Assembly: GCA_965287045.1 (NCBI GenBank)
Contig: OZ336887.1
Coordinates: forward strand, 32,984,001 to 33,048,000
Origin: Carcharhinus amblyrhynchos
Lineage: Eukaryota
Direction of reading: 5' to 3'
Length of the DNA stretch: 64,000 nucleotides
Numbering within the stretch: position 1 is the first letter of the stretch; every line of letters begins with the position of its first letter. Position numbers and translations under genes: made by a program. Positions 50,395-61,734 of this stretch are shown here, one piece after another. Below the pieces are notes generated by a model. The model was not told the DNA's origin. It made no database searches and was given only the letters and a program-made list of their open reading frames with translations.

Positions 50395-50695
50395 GCTCAT
50401 GAAATGAGTGTCACTGGCTGTGACAACATTTATTGCCCATCCCTGACGGCATTTAAGAGTGAAACACAATAATGTGGGTCTGGACTCTTTCTAAAGGGCA
50501 TTAATAAAACAGATGGGTTTTTATAACCCTGGACAGTGGTTTCATGGTCACCATTAGACTTTTAATTCCAGATTTTACTGAATTCAGATTTCACCGTCTG
50601 TCATGATGGGATTCGAACCCAAGTCCCCAGAGCATTATCCTGGGTTTTTTGAATTACTAGTCCAGTGACAGTACCACTACACCACTGCTTCCCCA
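50395..50695 (-). mobile_element. tRNA-derived SINE family B
   Basis: catttattgcccatccc tail, gggattcgaaccc B box (antisense) and ccactacaccactgc head. Confidence 0.8.
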
Positions 50696-52103
50696 AAGCA
50701 TTGAACGTGCTTTGATTTGATGAAGCAAAGTAGCAAGGACGGGAAACTACTCTCCTTTTAATGTTAATTTGTGGAAAAAGAAAATGGAGTATTAAACTCC
50801 CTAAAAAGCCTTTAATCTCATTTAGAGCTATTTTTCTGGTGAACTGTTATGTATTCCATTATTGTGATGTAATGCAAAAGTTATGAAGCTCCAGAGGAGC
50901 CTCTGCATTTAGTAATTATTAATACTGTTTACAAGATTCTGCATGAATTCCTCTCCCTTGATGTAGTTCAGTTAGCACAGATTTATGTGAATTCCCTGAT
51001 ATTACTTCTCACTTTGGCTTCTCTGCCTGACATTCTTCCAATCCTTACTTTTCCCACCCACTACTACCACCACCACCACCACCCCTATTCCCTACCCACT
51101 TCAATGAGCTGAGGAGGCTGCTTTTATATTTGTCATTGTTCTGCTGCAAGATCAGTTATGGTGTACTTTGGGGTGTCTTGCTGTGTTTTTGAGTATTATT
51201 CCTTCAAATTGTGTTTATTGTGAATTTACTTTCAATATGATCCCCAAGATACACGAATCCTCCATTTACAGTTTTCCATTTATTACACCATACAGTTCTC
51301 ATTAACAAATATTAATGTTAGTTTTGCCAGTGACATCCCTATATCATAAGTTTGAAGAAAATAACTAATACCTAAACTGCAAGGATATCTAGTAGGAGTT
51401 AACGGGGAAGGGCAAATTTTGTGAGAGTTTTTTTTTAATATGACCAATGCATTTTATCTTTGGGAATGTGCTTTCCAACTTTGTTTGAAGCCTACACATT
51501 ACCTGTTGTGAACCAAGTTAGGTACTGCATAGAAAACAATAGCGGTGAGAATTGGAACCAATTGAGGGCCAAACGTAAAGTTCAGGAACTTGTATCATCT
51601 GCATGTGCGATCTGGAGTTTCCCCAGTTTCTTGTTGCTGCAGACCATTCAGACTGAAGTCATTGCTGCTGCGTCATTGCTGTGTACACAGTGGAATACGG
51701 AATCCCGGATTTCCCTTTAGCTATTAGATTTCAGACCTGTTAATTGAACAATTCATGTAGATAAATTACAATTCTGGCAGAAATCTTGCATTAATACAGA
51801 TCATCACAAAAGTCTCACCCTCAGCATTGCTGCTGTATTTCCCTCTGTCTAACTTCCAGAGATGATAGGGCAATGATTCCAGAAGCCAAACTCCTTGCCT
51901 CTGTCTGACTTAAGGCCAAGTTCAGTGTTACCCTATCTTTTCTTTCTGATTTTATCTTCCCATTCTTGGAATATCTTGGAATTGTGCACAAATCTTTTTG
52001 GAAAAGTGTATTCAATGATATAAAGTATATTGGTAAGTCCTCCAAGCCAACCTCAACCTATATTAATTTCAGGTTAATAAATGCAGCCTCACTGTTTTCG
52101 CAG

Positions 52104-52194
52104 GCATCTGAAGAGGCTTCTCTGCGTGCATTAGAGAGTCTTATGACTGAGTTCTTTCACAGTTGCACCACAAATGAGCGAAAAAGGGAGATTG
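52104..52194 (+). CDS. XPO6: Exportin-6 coding exon 2
   Basis: tttcgcag|GCA...ATTG|gtaagt, 91 nt. ASEEASLRALESLMTEFFHSCTTNERKREI matches the vertebrate XPO6 N-terminus. Confidence 0.97.
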
Positions 52195-52734
52195 GTAAGT
52201 GATTAGAGCTGGCTGTTGCTCTAAATTATCATATGTTTTTGGACGAATTTCTGTGTTGTTGTAGAGCTCTGATGACTTGACACTTGTTCTTTTCCACGTG
52301 GAGGCATGTGAGAATTATTCTATTTTTATTCCTTTCCCCTGACTTGGTTAAATCTTTTCTGTCTGCTGCATTCTCCAGGTCACTTGAGATTAAGAATTTA
52401 ATGTGCTGGAAATTATACCCCTTACTATTTGACTGTATTGTAACGCTTACCAGCTGGCTGTTTTTGAAGAGAGATATGGAAATTCTCTTTGAAATTGGAA
52501 TTGTCTCATCTGCTTTGCCCGGAGCCTGTCATATTGTAGACCAAAGTTTATAATGATTCTCCTTGGATTGCGTTTAGAGTGAAGGCGACATTGATCTCCA
52601 TCACTGCTCAGACCTGTAAACTTCTTTGATCTGCAGTGAATGCACTCTACTGCTTCTGTTTTTACTTAAGACTGTCCATGTCTGTTTAACAGTGATTGTA
52701 AATCCTGTATTCAAAATAGTGAATAGCAAATTCA

Positions 52735-54050
52735 GTTCCTTTATCAAAAAGAGAGATAGGGAGCAGGAAACCACAGGCCAGTTAGCATAACATCTGTCAT
52801 AGGGAAAATGTTAGAAGCTATTAACAGTGTTACAGCAGGGCACTTAGATCAACTTAAGGTAATCAGGCAGTGTCAACATGGTTTTGTGCAGGGAAATCTA
52901 TGTGATGTGAGTAAAGGAAAACTAGTGGATATAGTGTACTTAGAATTTCCAGAAGGCATTTGATAAGATGCCACATCAAATGTTATTTAAGCTCATGGTG
53001 TAGGCGGTAACATATTGGCATGGATAGGAGATTTTCTAGCTAACAGGAAATAGAGAGTAGGCATAAATGGGCCACTTTCTGATTGACCAGATGCAAAAAG
53101 TGGTGTACTGCAGGATCAGTGCTAGGGCTTGAACATTTTTACAATTTATATAAAAGTCTTGGATGAAGGGACCAATGCCATGGTTGCTAAATTTGCTGAT
53201 GATGCAAAGATAGGAAAGTTAATTGTGAAGAGGACACGAGGCTGCAAAAGGATAGAGATAGGTTAAGTGAGCAGGCAAAGATGTGGCATATGGAATACAA
53301 TATGGGAAAATGTGAAATTGTGCATTTTCATAGGAAGAATATAAAAGAAACCTATTATTTAAATGGTGAGAGATTGCAGAGTTCTGAGATGTAGAGGAAT
53401 CAGTCCTACTGATGAATTGGAAACAGTTAATATGCAGGAACAGCAAATTATTCGGAAAGCTAATAAAATGTTATTTATTGAAAGGGAAATTGAATTCAAA
53501 AATAGGGAGGTTATACTTCAGTTATATAACCTTGGTGAGACCATATCTGAGTGTTTTGTACAGTTTGTTCTCAATTAAGGAAAGATACAAATGTGTTGGA
53601 AGCAGCTCATAGAACATTTACTAGACTAATATCAGGAATGTCAGGATTGTTCTCTGAAGTAAGATAGGGCAAGCTTCTATCCTCTTGAGTTTAATAGAGT
53701 AAGAGACAACTTGATGGAAACATATCAGATCTTGAGGGGTACTGGCAAGATGGATGTGGCAGAGATGTTTCCTCTTGTGGGAGAATTTAGAACTAGGGGT
53801 TGCTGTTTAAAAATAAGGGCTCATCCATTTAGGACAGACGAGCATTTTTTCTGAGTTGTGGGTCCTTGGAACTCTGTTCCTCAAAAGGTATTGGAAGCAG
53901 AGTATGAATATTTTTAAGGCAGAGGTAGATAAATTTTTGATTAGCAAGAGGTGAAAGTTATTAGGGATGGGCGACGGAGCAGAGTTATGATTATAATCAG
54001 ACCTATGATGTTATTGAATGATGAAACAAGCTTGAGGGACTTGCAGCTTG
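52735..54050 (+). mobile_element. CR1-A LINE remnant in XPO6 intron 2
   Basis: ccagaaggcatttgataag (FQKAFDK), aaatttgctgatgatgcaaag (KFADDAK) and 3'UTR. Confidence 0.85.
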
Positions 54051-54312
54051 TATGCAGGTATGTATGTATGTATCTTTGTGTATCTTAATAACTCTAAGGC
54101 ACATTTTCATCTGAACTTTTAAAAGATTCTGACTTTTGTTTAAAGTATCATGGATGTTTTTATTTGAATCAGTTTTTAACTGTTAATGGGTTCTTAAAAC
54201 AATATGTATATTCTGATTGGAGTGTGTATTTAGTTTTTGGGATATTGGCAGTACCTACATTATGCTGGTTTCTATTGGAAATTTGCCTCATTGAGCATTC
54301 TTTGTTCTACAG

Positions 54313-54425
54313 AGGAACTGTTAAATAACTTTGCACAGCAGATTGGAGCATGGCAACATTGTATTTACTTCTTATCCAACACTCGTAATGAGTATGTCAT
54401 GATGTACAGCTTGACAGTGTTTGAG
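54313..54425 (+). CDS. XPO6: Exportin-6 coding exon 3
   Basis: ttctacag|AG...GAG|gtgagt, 113 nt, phase 1 to 0. (E)ELLNNFAQQIGAWQHCIYFLSNTRNEYVMMYSLTVFE. Confidence 0.97.
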
Positions 54426-54762
54426 GTGAGTCAGAGATATTGAATGAAAGCTGTGTGACTAACAGGTCATGTAGGAGTTTGCACTAGCCCCATTGTTTCC
54501 TTTTGTTTTCAAAAGCAGAATTCAAACATGGGGTTGCTAGTAATGGTGCGACTTGGGATTGAAGTCCCAATTTTAGTTATGTTCAGCACAGTGACGGTGT
54601 ATGGTTGGTTTCTAACTATGCCCAATAACGCTGTGCAAAATTTATGGGCTGAATTATCGGATGAGGCTGGAGGTGGTGTGGAAGGAGAACCTTTATCTCG
54701 GGAACATTGTAGTGGTTTCCCCCCAGTGTAAGGATGCATATAGGTTGCAAAAAATGGCTGTC

Positions 54763-55012
54763 GGGCGGCAGGGTAGAACAGTGGTTAGCGCTACTGCTTC
54801 ACAGCACTGACAAACTGGGCTCGATTCCCGGCTTGGGTCACTGTCTGTGTGGGTTTCCTGCAGATCCTCTGGTCTCCTCCCACATTCTGAAAGATGTGCT
54901 GGTTAAGTGCATTGACCTGAACAGGTGCTGGGCTCTGATGACTTGGGGAATTTCACAGTAACTTCACTGCAGTGTTAATATAAGCCTTACTTGTAATTAA
55001 TGAATAAACTTT
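54763..55012 (+). mobile_element. HE1/V-SINE-like SINE, tail type 2 (intron 3)
   Basis: gggcggcagggtagaacagtggttagc...tcgattcccggc...ggaatttcacagtaacttcactgcagtg. Confidence 0.85.
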
Positions 55013-55456
55013 ACTGTTGCCTAATCCACATTACATAACTTTCTATAAAATGGTGGACTCATTTTAGTTTGCAATATAGCACTGCAGATGATTTATTTGA
55101 TATGTTGATTCAGTGCACCCCAGCAGGCTGGGGTGAGGTCACTAAAAATATTTACTGCTGATCAACAGCAATCTGTAATTGTAAGGTGATTTTAACAAAA
55201 TGTACCATGGCATTTTCCAAAATTGATATTGAACTCACGTGAGCACAGGATTCTGACCCCATAAATAGGGCAGGAATTAAAGGTAAACAATATGAACTAG
55301 CTAGTAGTGCGGTTCTATAATGGCTGCTTTTGATCCACATCCTTTTTTAATGCCAGGTCAAAGAATTTATTTGTCTGTAGTTTAAACTAATATTTTATTC
55401 TGAATTATTTATTTGTATTATCTTTATGAAAAATATCTGACTGTTCTGCCCCTCAG

Positions 55457-55654
55457 AACCTGATTAATAAGATGTGGCTGGGAGTTCCATCTCAAGACAA
55501 AATGGAGATTCGAAGCTGCCTACCCAAGCTTCTGTTGGCACACCACAAGACAATGCCATATTTCATTCGCAACAAGTTGTGTAAAGTAATTGTGGATATC
55601 GGGAGGCAGGATTGGCCAATGTTTTACCATGATTTTTTCACCAGCACATTACAG
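55457..55654 (+). CDS. XPO6: Exportin-6 coding exon 4
   Basis: cccctcag|AAC...CAG|gtaatg, 198 nt. NLINKMWLGVPSQDKMEIRSCLPKLLLAHHKTMPYFIRNKLCKVIVDIGRQDWPMFYHDFFTSTLQ. Confidence 0.97.
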
Positions 55655-55839
55655 GTAATGTAGGCAAGTGAAACGTAAAGGCTGTTGATCTGGCTACACC
55701 TGGAATTAATATATAATGGCATAATTGCATTAACTGCTGTGCTATAATCTGTTAATTTAATTTCCCATAAGGGAAAACTGGTCTTCCAAAATAAATCCAA
55801 ATTCCTTTTCTAGCAACATTCTAACATGCGTATCTTGTC

Positions 55840-56280
55840 TCTGTTAGTACCCTTTGAAGAAGTACTTCTTGCTTTCGCTCCTAAATTGCCTAGCTGTGGT
55901 TTTAATTTCTACCCTCTTGTTCTGGACCTCCCCCACCAAAGGAAATATTTTCTGTATTTACTTGATTGAATTCCTTAATCATTTAAAATACCTTGGTTTG
56001 CTACCCTTCAACTTCCTAAAGTCAAAGGAATACAAGCTAGGTTTATGCAACTTTTCCTCGTCATCTAACCTTTCCAGTCCATGTATCGTGCTGCTGAATT
56101 TACCGTGTATGCTCTCAATATGCAAAATGCCTTTCCTGAGGATTGGTGTCCAGAACTGAACCCAGTACACTCCAGTTGAGTTCTAACCAGAATTGTGTGC
56201 AACTGAAGTATCACTTCCTTAATTTTGAATCCCCGTTCACTTGGGGTAAAGGCTGACAGTCAAGTAGCCTTTCAAAACTA
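55840..56280 (-). mobile_element. CR1 3' fragment (intron 4)
   Basis: ORF 55979-56170 YWVQFWTP..RK...EEKLHKPSLYSF. Confidence 0.75.
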
Positions 56281-56983
56281 AAAGGAAGACAGTTTTGTGC
56301 TCGTGTACTACTAATCCAGTCTTTTTCACTTCCCTTCACATCAGTTAAGTGACAGGTAGAATTGCTAATTGACTGCTGCTATGCCACATACTGTTTGAGG
56401 CTGCAGTAGGGTTGGTTTGCAGCTGCAGAACTCTGAACCTGTCCAAGCTTGAAGTGGCAGTCTGAGGGTGATACCAGAAGTGTCAAATCTACCAAGGTTT
56501 TAAATGGGTATTGTTAGTCTCTCACTGAAAGCATCAAACTGCTTCATTTACATCAGCTGTTTCAGTCTGACCAAGGTCAGAGTTAGATTCAGAACTTGGA
56601 CAGCTGCAGCGCTTCATTAGGCTTTTCAAAATTCAGTGCGTTCAAGTTATGAGTTATCCAGTTGCACTGGGTCAGGCACAGGTTGCAACTTGCCTCTGTC
56701 ATGTCTCGTGGTTAGCATTTGTCTCAGTTGCATGTCAGAGGGCATTTAAAAGAGACTCATTCATCTTCAGCTAATAAAGCGCTTGGTCAGTCTTTGTACC
56801 TCCTGGTAGGCTTACCTGCCTGTGTAATTAGAGCTACAGCAAATGTTGTCTCTGGAGGCAGAGGGAGGAACAGGAAGAGGTGCACTGCTAAGCTGAACTA
56901 TTTCAAGTCACTTGTGAATACTATGTTATAACAACGCCTATCTGTCTGGTTCTGTGCAAGCTGTGAAATGTTTTCCTATTTAG

Positions 56984-57143
56984 CTAATCCAGGCTCCTTC
57001 CACCACGCCTTTGGGTCTGATCATGTTGAAGACTACCTCGGAGGAGTTAGCGTGCCCACGGGAGGACCTCAGTGTGGCACGGAAGGAGGAGCTCCGAAAA
57101 CTGCTGCTGGATCAGGTGCCAACAGTACTCGGCCTTATCACAG
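56984..57143 (+). CDS. XPO6: Exportin-6 coding exon 5 (gene continues beyond window)
   Basis: cctatttag|CTA...ACAG|gtcagt, 160 nt. LIQAPSTTPLGLIMLKTTSEELACPREDLSVARKEELRKLLLDQVPTVLGLIT. Confidence 0.97.
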
Positions 57144-57924
57144 GTCAGTTATGAAAATGGTGGTCATTGTACAACAGTGAGTAAACACAGGGATTGTCAC
57201 AGCAAGTTGGGAGATCAAAGCAGAATTGTTGTGAGAAGAGCAGTGGGGCAAGTTATTTTATTCTGAATTATTAGGACATAGAATGCTTCACTTCAAACTG
57301 TTGAGGCAGTGATTATTAACAATTTGAAATGAAATTGGTTAAATGCTTTAAAAGGAAGAATATAAAAGGATGCAGGCAAAGGACAAGAAAGTAGACTTAG
57401 TGTAGCTGCTTTTGAAAACGCACAGGAACCTACGACTGAATTGTTTCCTTCGCTGTAAATTCTCTAATCCTATAATGTTTAATCTGTGAATAACTACCAT
57501 TGCGTGGACAACTTCAGGTTGAGAGGTTGGATATAAAGGGAAAATTGAATAGTATTTGAAGCTGAGAAATATGTAACTCCTGACATAAGATGGACCGATG
57601 GCAGCCTCCTGCCATGTCATATTCTATGGTTTTGTGGTACCAGATTAGATAATTCGGCAGCCAAGGTTGTGGATCCAGTGCTCCAGAATAATAAGCTGCC
57701 AAGAACAACATAGTCCATGCTCCTCAGTATGAAGCCAGTTAGTTTTCATGTAATGAGGAAGTCATTGTACATAAGTAATTAAATTTGACAGATCATTGTA
57801 CCGTGTGATTGAGAACTACCCATAAATGTAAAAATGCATTATGATCAAGGGGTTTTCTTACAACTTTTTGGTTAGATGTTGGTTGGCAGATTTGCTAGTG
57901 TTCTCTCACTTAAATTGATGTATT

Positions 57925-58250
57925 CAGGGTTCCAGAACTTGAGCATATGAACCAGGCTGGCACTTCAGTGCAATATTGAAGGGGTTTTCCATTGTTGGAG
58001 GTATCACTTCTTGGTTAAACTCAGGTTCCATCTACTTCAGTTACAAGTGAAGACCTAGTGTCACTATGCAAAAGAGTAGTGGATTCTCCTGATGCCTTGG
58101 CCAGCATTCCTCCCTCGCCAACATCATCAGGAACATATAACTAGTCATTTATCTCATTGCTTCTTGTCCACAAATTGAATTTCAGATTTGCGCAGATGAG
58201 TGATTACACAAGAACATCCCAAGGATGTTATGAGATACTTATAAATCTTA
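57925..58250 (+). mobile_element. DeuSINE-like element
   Basis: ccagaacttgagcat...ggcacttcagtgcaatattgaaggg...ttctcctgatgccttggccagcattcctccctc...gtcatttatctcattgct. Confidence 0.6.
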
Positions 58251-58809
58251 GCTTTTTCTATATGTGGATGCATTAAATTCCAGTATACAAAACAGGTGAC
58301 ATTTTGAACATTTGCACTTCAAATTACTGCAGTTTGCTAATAGGTCTTGCATGAAGAAACAGTAATACTTCCATTCATGGTGTTTGCATTTTGTAGCAAG
58401 TACTGAACTTTCCCCCATTTTTAAGAGGAAAATGGTTTCCACAAAAATGACATGATCATCTATTTCATCGTAAACTATCCCTTCTTGTTCTTCCCCTGTG
58501 ACCACTGACGTTCTCCAACATCTTTCCATTGTCGTTCAACTGGATAGGACTGCGCTCAGCTAACTTCATTCCTATCTACCTGATCATAGCCAGAATATCA
58601 CATGCATTGGCTTCTCTTGCTGCTCTCCATCACTACTGATGTGCCTGAAGTTTCTATTCCTTGGTCTCTTTCTGTTTCTCACATTTTTTTTGCTGCTTCT
58701 TGTTTATGTGATCCAAAAACATAATTAGGCTTCACATGTATGCAGGCAACTTCTGGCTCTATTTCACTACCACTCTTGATTCTCCCATTAATATTTAACT
58801 GTCATGGTT

Positions 58810-59645
58810 TGAGTCATGTTGAGATCAAAAAGGAGGTGGTATTGGGGTTCTTGAAAAACATTAAGGTAGGCAAGTCCCCAGGGCCTGATGGGATATACCC
58901 AGAATACTGAGAGAGGCAAGGGAGGAAATTGCTGGGGCCTTGAGAGAAATCTTTGTATGCTCACTGGCTACAGGGGAGGTCATGATGTGGAGATGCCAGT
59001 GTTGGACTGGGGTAAACACAGTAAGAAGTCTCACAACACCAGGTTAAAGTCCAACAGGTTTATTTGGTAGTAAACGCCACTAATCTTTGGAACATTGTTC
59101 CTTCATCAGGTGAGTGGAGAGTTCTGATCACAAACAGGGCCCTTAGTTTGGCCACACTTGGAATATAGTGTTCAGTTCTGGTCATCACACTACCAAAAGG
59201 ATGTAGAGGCTTTGGAGAGGGTAGAGAAAAGATTTACCAGGATGTTGCCTGGTATGGAGGGCATCAGCTATGAGGAGAGGTTGGAGAAACTGAGTTTTTT
59301 CTCACTGGAACAATGGAGATTGAGGGGTGACCTGATACAAGTCTATTATGAGAGGCAGGGACAGATTGGATAGTTGGAAGCTTTTTCCCCAAAGTGAAAG
59401 AGTCACTTACTAGGGGGCAATTTTTTACAGAAGGTGGTGGGTGCCTGGAACTCGCTGCGGGAGGTAGTAGAAGCAGATACAATAGTGACTTTTAAGGGGC
59501 ATCTTGACAAATACATGAATAGGATGGGAATAGAGGGATATGGTCCCCAGAAGGATAGGTGGTTTTAGTTAACGTGAAGTATGGTCAGTGCAGACTTGCA
59601 GGGCTGAAGGGCCTGTTCCTGTGATGTAATTTTCTTTGTTCTATC
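58810..59645 (+). mobile_element. CR1-A LINE with a large internal deletion bridged by a PLE fragment
   Basis: KSPGPDGIYPRIL region at ~58870, then EYSVQFWS...ERVEKRFTRMLPG in ORF 59158-59373. Confidence 0.85.
58981..59140 (-). mobile_element. Penelope-like element terminal fragment with hammerhead motif
   Basis: cacagtaagaagtctcacaacaccaggttaaagtccaacaggtttatttgg is the reverse complement of the 15405-15448 and 22520-22570 inserts. Confidence 0.8.
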
Positions 59646-59799
59646 AGATTTTTGTCTGACGTCACTATTGGATGAGCAATAAATTCTTTCGGTTAAATAT
59701 TCAGAAAATCCCTGCAATAAATTCTGTTCTGTAACTATGAACCCCTTGTTAATTGAGACTGAGCCAAGCTTCTCTCAACGTTGTTTTCATATTTTACAT

Positions 59800-60548
59800 A
59801 CCCACCACACAAGTGCCACGCAATGACCATGTCCAACAGAAGAGAATCCAACCATCTCCCCATGACATCAGTGGCATTATCATCACTGAATACCCTACTG
59901 TCAACAACACCATGGGGTTACTGTTGACCAGAAACTGGACTGACCAGCCATATAAATACTGTGGTTGCAAGAACAGGCTAAAGACTAGGAATCCTGTGAA
60001 GATAATTCATTTCCTGACTTCACAAAGCCTGTCCACTATCTAAAAAGCAGAAGTCAGGAGTTAGATGAAATGCTGTCCACTTACCTCTGACTGAACTCCT
60101 ACAATACTCAAGAAGTTCAACACCACTCAGGACAAATGAGTTTGCTTGATTGGCACCTCACCCACTCTTCAACATCCACTCCCTCCACCACCAACACAGT
60201 GGCAGCAGTGTGTAACATCTATATGACGCACTGCAGGAAGCCACCAAAGCTCCTTCAACTGCACCTTCCAACCTGTGACATTGACCACCTAGAAGTACAA
60301 AGGCAGCAGAGAATATCACCATCTGCAAGTTCCCCTTCAAGCCAACTACCATTCTGACTTGGAACCACATCGCAGTTCCTTCACTGACACTGGTTCAGAA
60401 TCCTGGAACTCCCTAACAGTATTGTGCGTAGCTACACCACAGGGACTGCAGTGGTTCAAGAAGGCAATTCAACCATCACCTTCTCAAGTGCTATTAAGAA
60501 TGGGCAATAAAAAATACTGACCTGACCAGCATCACCCACATCCCAGGA
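59800..60548 (+). mobile_element. CR1-B LINE 3' fragment
   Basis: ttgaccagaaactgg; gactgcagtggttcaagaaggca...tgggcaataaa...cacccacatcccag tail. Confidence 0.82.
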
Positions 60549-61415
60549 ATTTTTTTTAAATCGTGAGATGAGCAGCCTGTCTTCTTCCTCTCTTTAAATT
60601 GCAGAAACCCTATAACTTTCCAGTTCTGGTCTCTTTCACATCTTCAGTTTTCTTTGCCTGGTAACCTTGTGCTCACTGCTGCTCAAAACTTGCCCAGCCC
60701 TTCAACATGCCAGACATGCTCCCTAAACAAAACCTTTCTTCAATCACTAGCTAGCTCCAACTTAGTAACTTGAAATTCTCTGTGATCTGCATTTTATTTT
60801 CCTAGCTCCTGATACCAATTGGCCTCTGATTTTCTGCTACTTTGCCCATGAGCAGATTTTCCAAATTTATTCTGGATAGTTTCTGTTTTCTTCCCATTGA
60901 AGTCAATCTTGTTTAAATCTAAAATCTGAACTGTTTCATGTTTCTACCTTTTCAGGCATTCTTTCAACATTATCTTGGACTTGGTCACATTGTCAGCGAG
61001 CATTTCCCACAGATTAGATGGTTCACAAAAACTAATTACTCATTAAAATTAATATGGCCTTCCACAGGTTGGCTCTAGAACATACAGTTGCAGAAATGAT
61101 TTTGCACACTGTCAAGTTCATTATCTTGTGTGCTTGTCTTTTCATCATGTATATGGAAGTTAAAATCCTTGATTTAAAAGCTACGCTTGTCTAATCTCTG
61201 TTTATCACTTCAGTTACTCACCTGATACACAGCTCCCACTTTCTTCTTAAATTCTTTTGTATTTCTTGATTATACTCTCATCTCCGCTGCTTTCTTATTT
61301 ATTATCTTACCCTTTTGTTAGGGTTTGAGATCAGAAACCCCAAGACATTATGAAATAAAATCCCAATTATTCATTATTTTGGCATTGTGAGGATTGTTAA
61401 TGTTTCAGTGATAGC

Positions 61416-61718
61416 CTTTTTCCTTGGATGGAGAAAGCTAGCATGAGGGGACATAGCTTTAAATTAAGGGGCGGTAGTTATAGGACGGATGTCAGAGGTA
61501 GGTTCTTTACCCAGAGGGTGGTGGGGGAATGGAATGCCCTGCCTGCTGCAGTTGTAGATGCGCCTAGTTTGGGGGCGTTTAAGAGGTCCGTGGATAGGTT
61601 TATGGATGGAAAGGGATTGGTTTAGGATAGAGGGTCATTGCTTTTCTCTTAATTGGTCGGCGCAACATCGTGGGCCGAAGGGCCTGTTCTGCGCTGTAAT
61701 GTTCTATGTTCTATGTTT
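61416..61718 (+). mobile_element. Young CR1 3' end
   Basis: RGHSFKLRGG.YRTDVRGRFFTQRVVGEWNALP followed by a (gttctat)n tail. CpGs are retained. Confidence 0.88.
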
Positions 61719-61734
61719 CATTCTAGGTGCGTTT

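Noticed and set aside
51966-52202. 78-aa ORF as the XPO6 N-terminus
   Set aside because: Only the part from 52104 is XPO6. The upstream part is intron read-through past a clear acceptor.
5488-55012. tRNA genes at SINE heads
   Set aside because: A/B boxes run directly into SINE core sequence and no complete cloverleaf is present.
56968-57266. ORF-track proteins overlapping exon 5
   Set aside because: Wrong reading frames. The true frame (LIQAPSTTPLG...) is not listed because it lacks a start codon.
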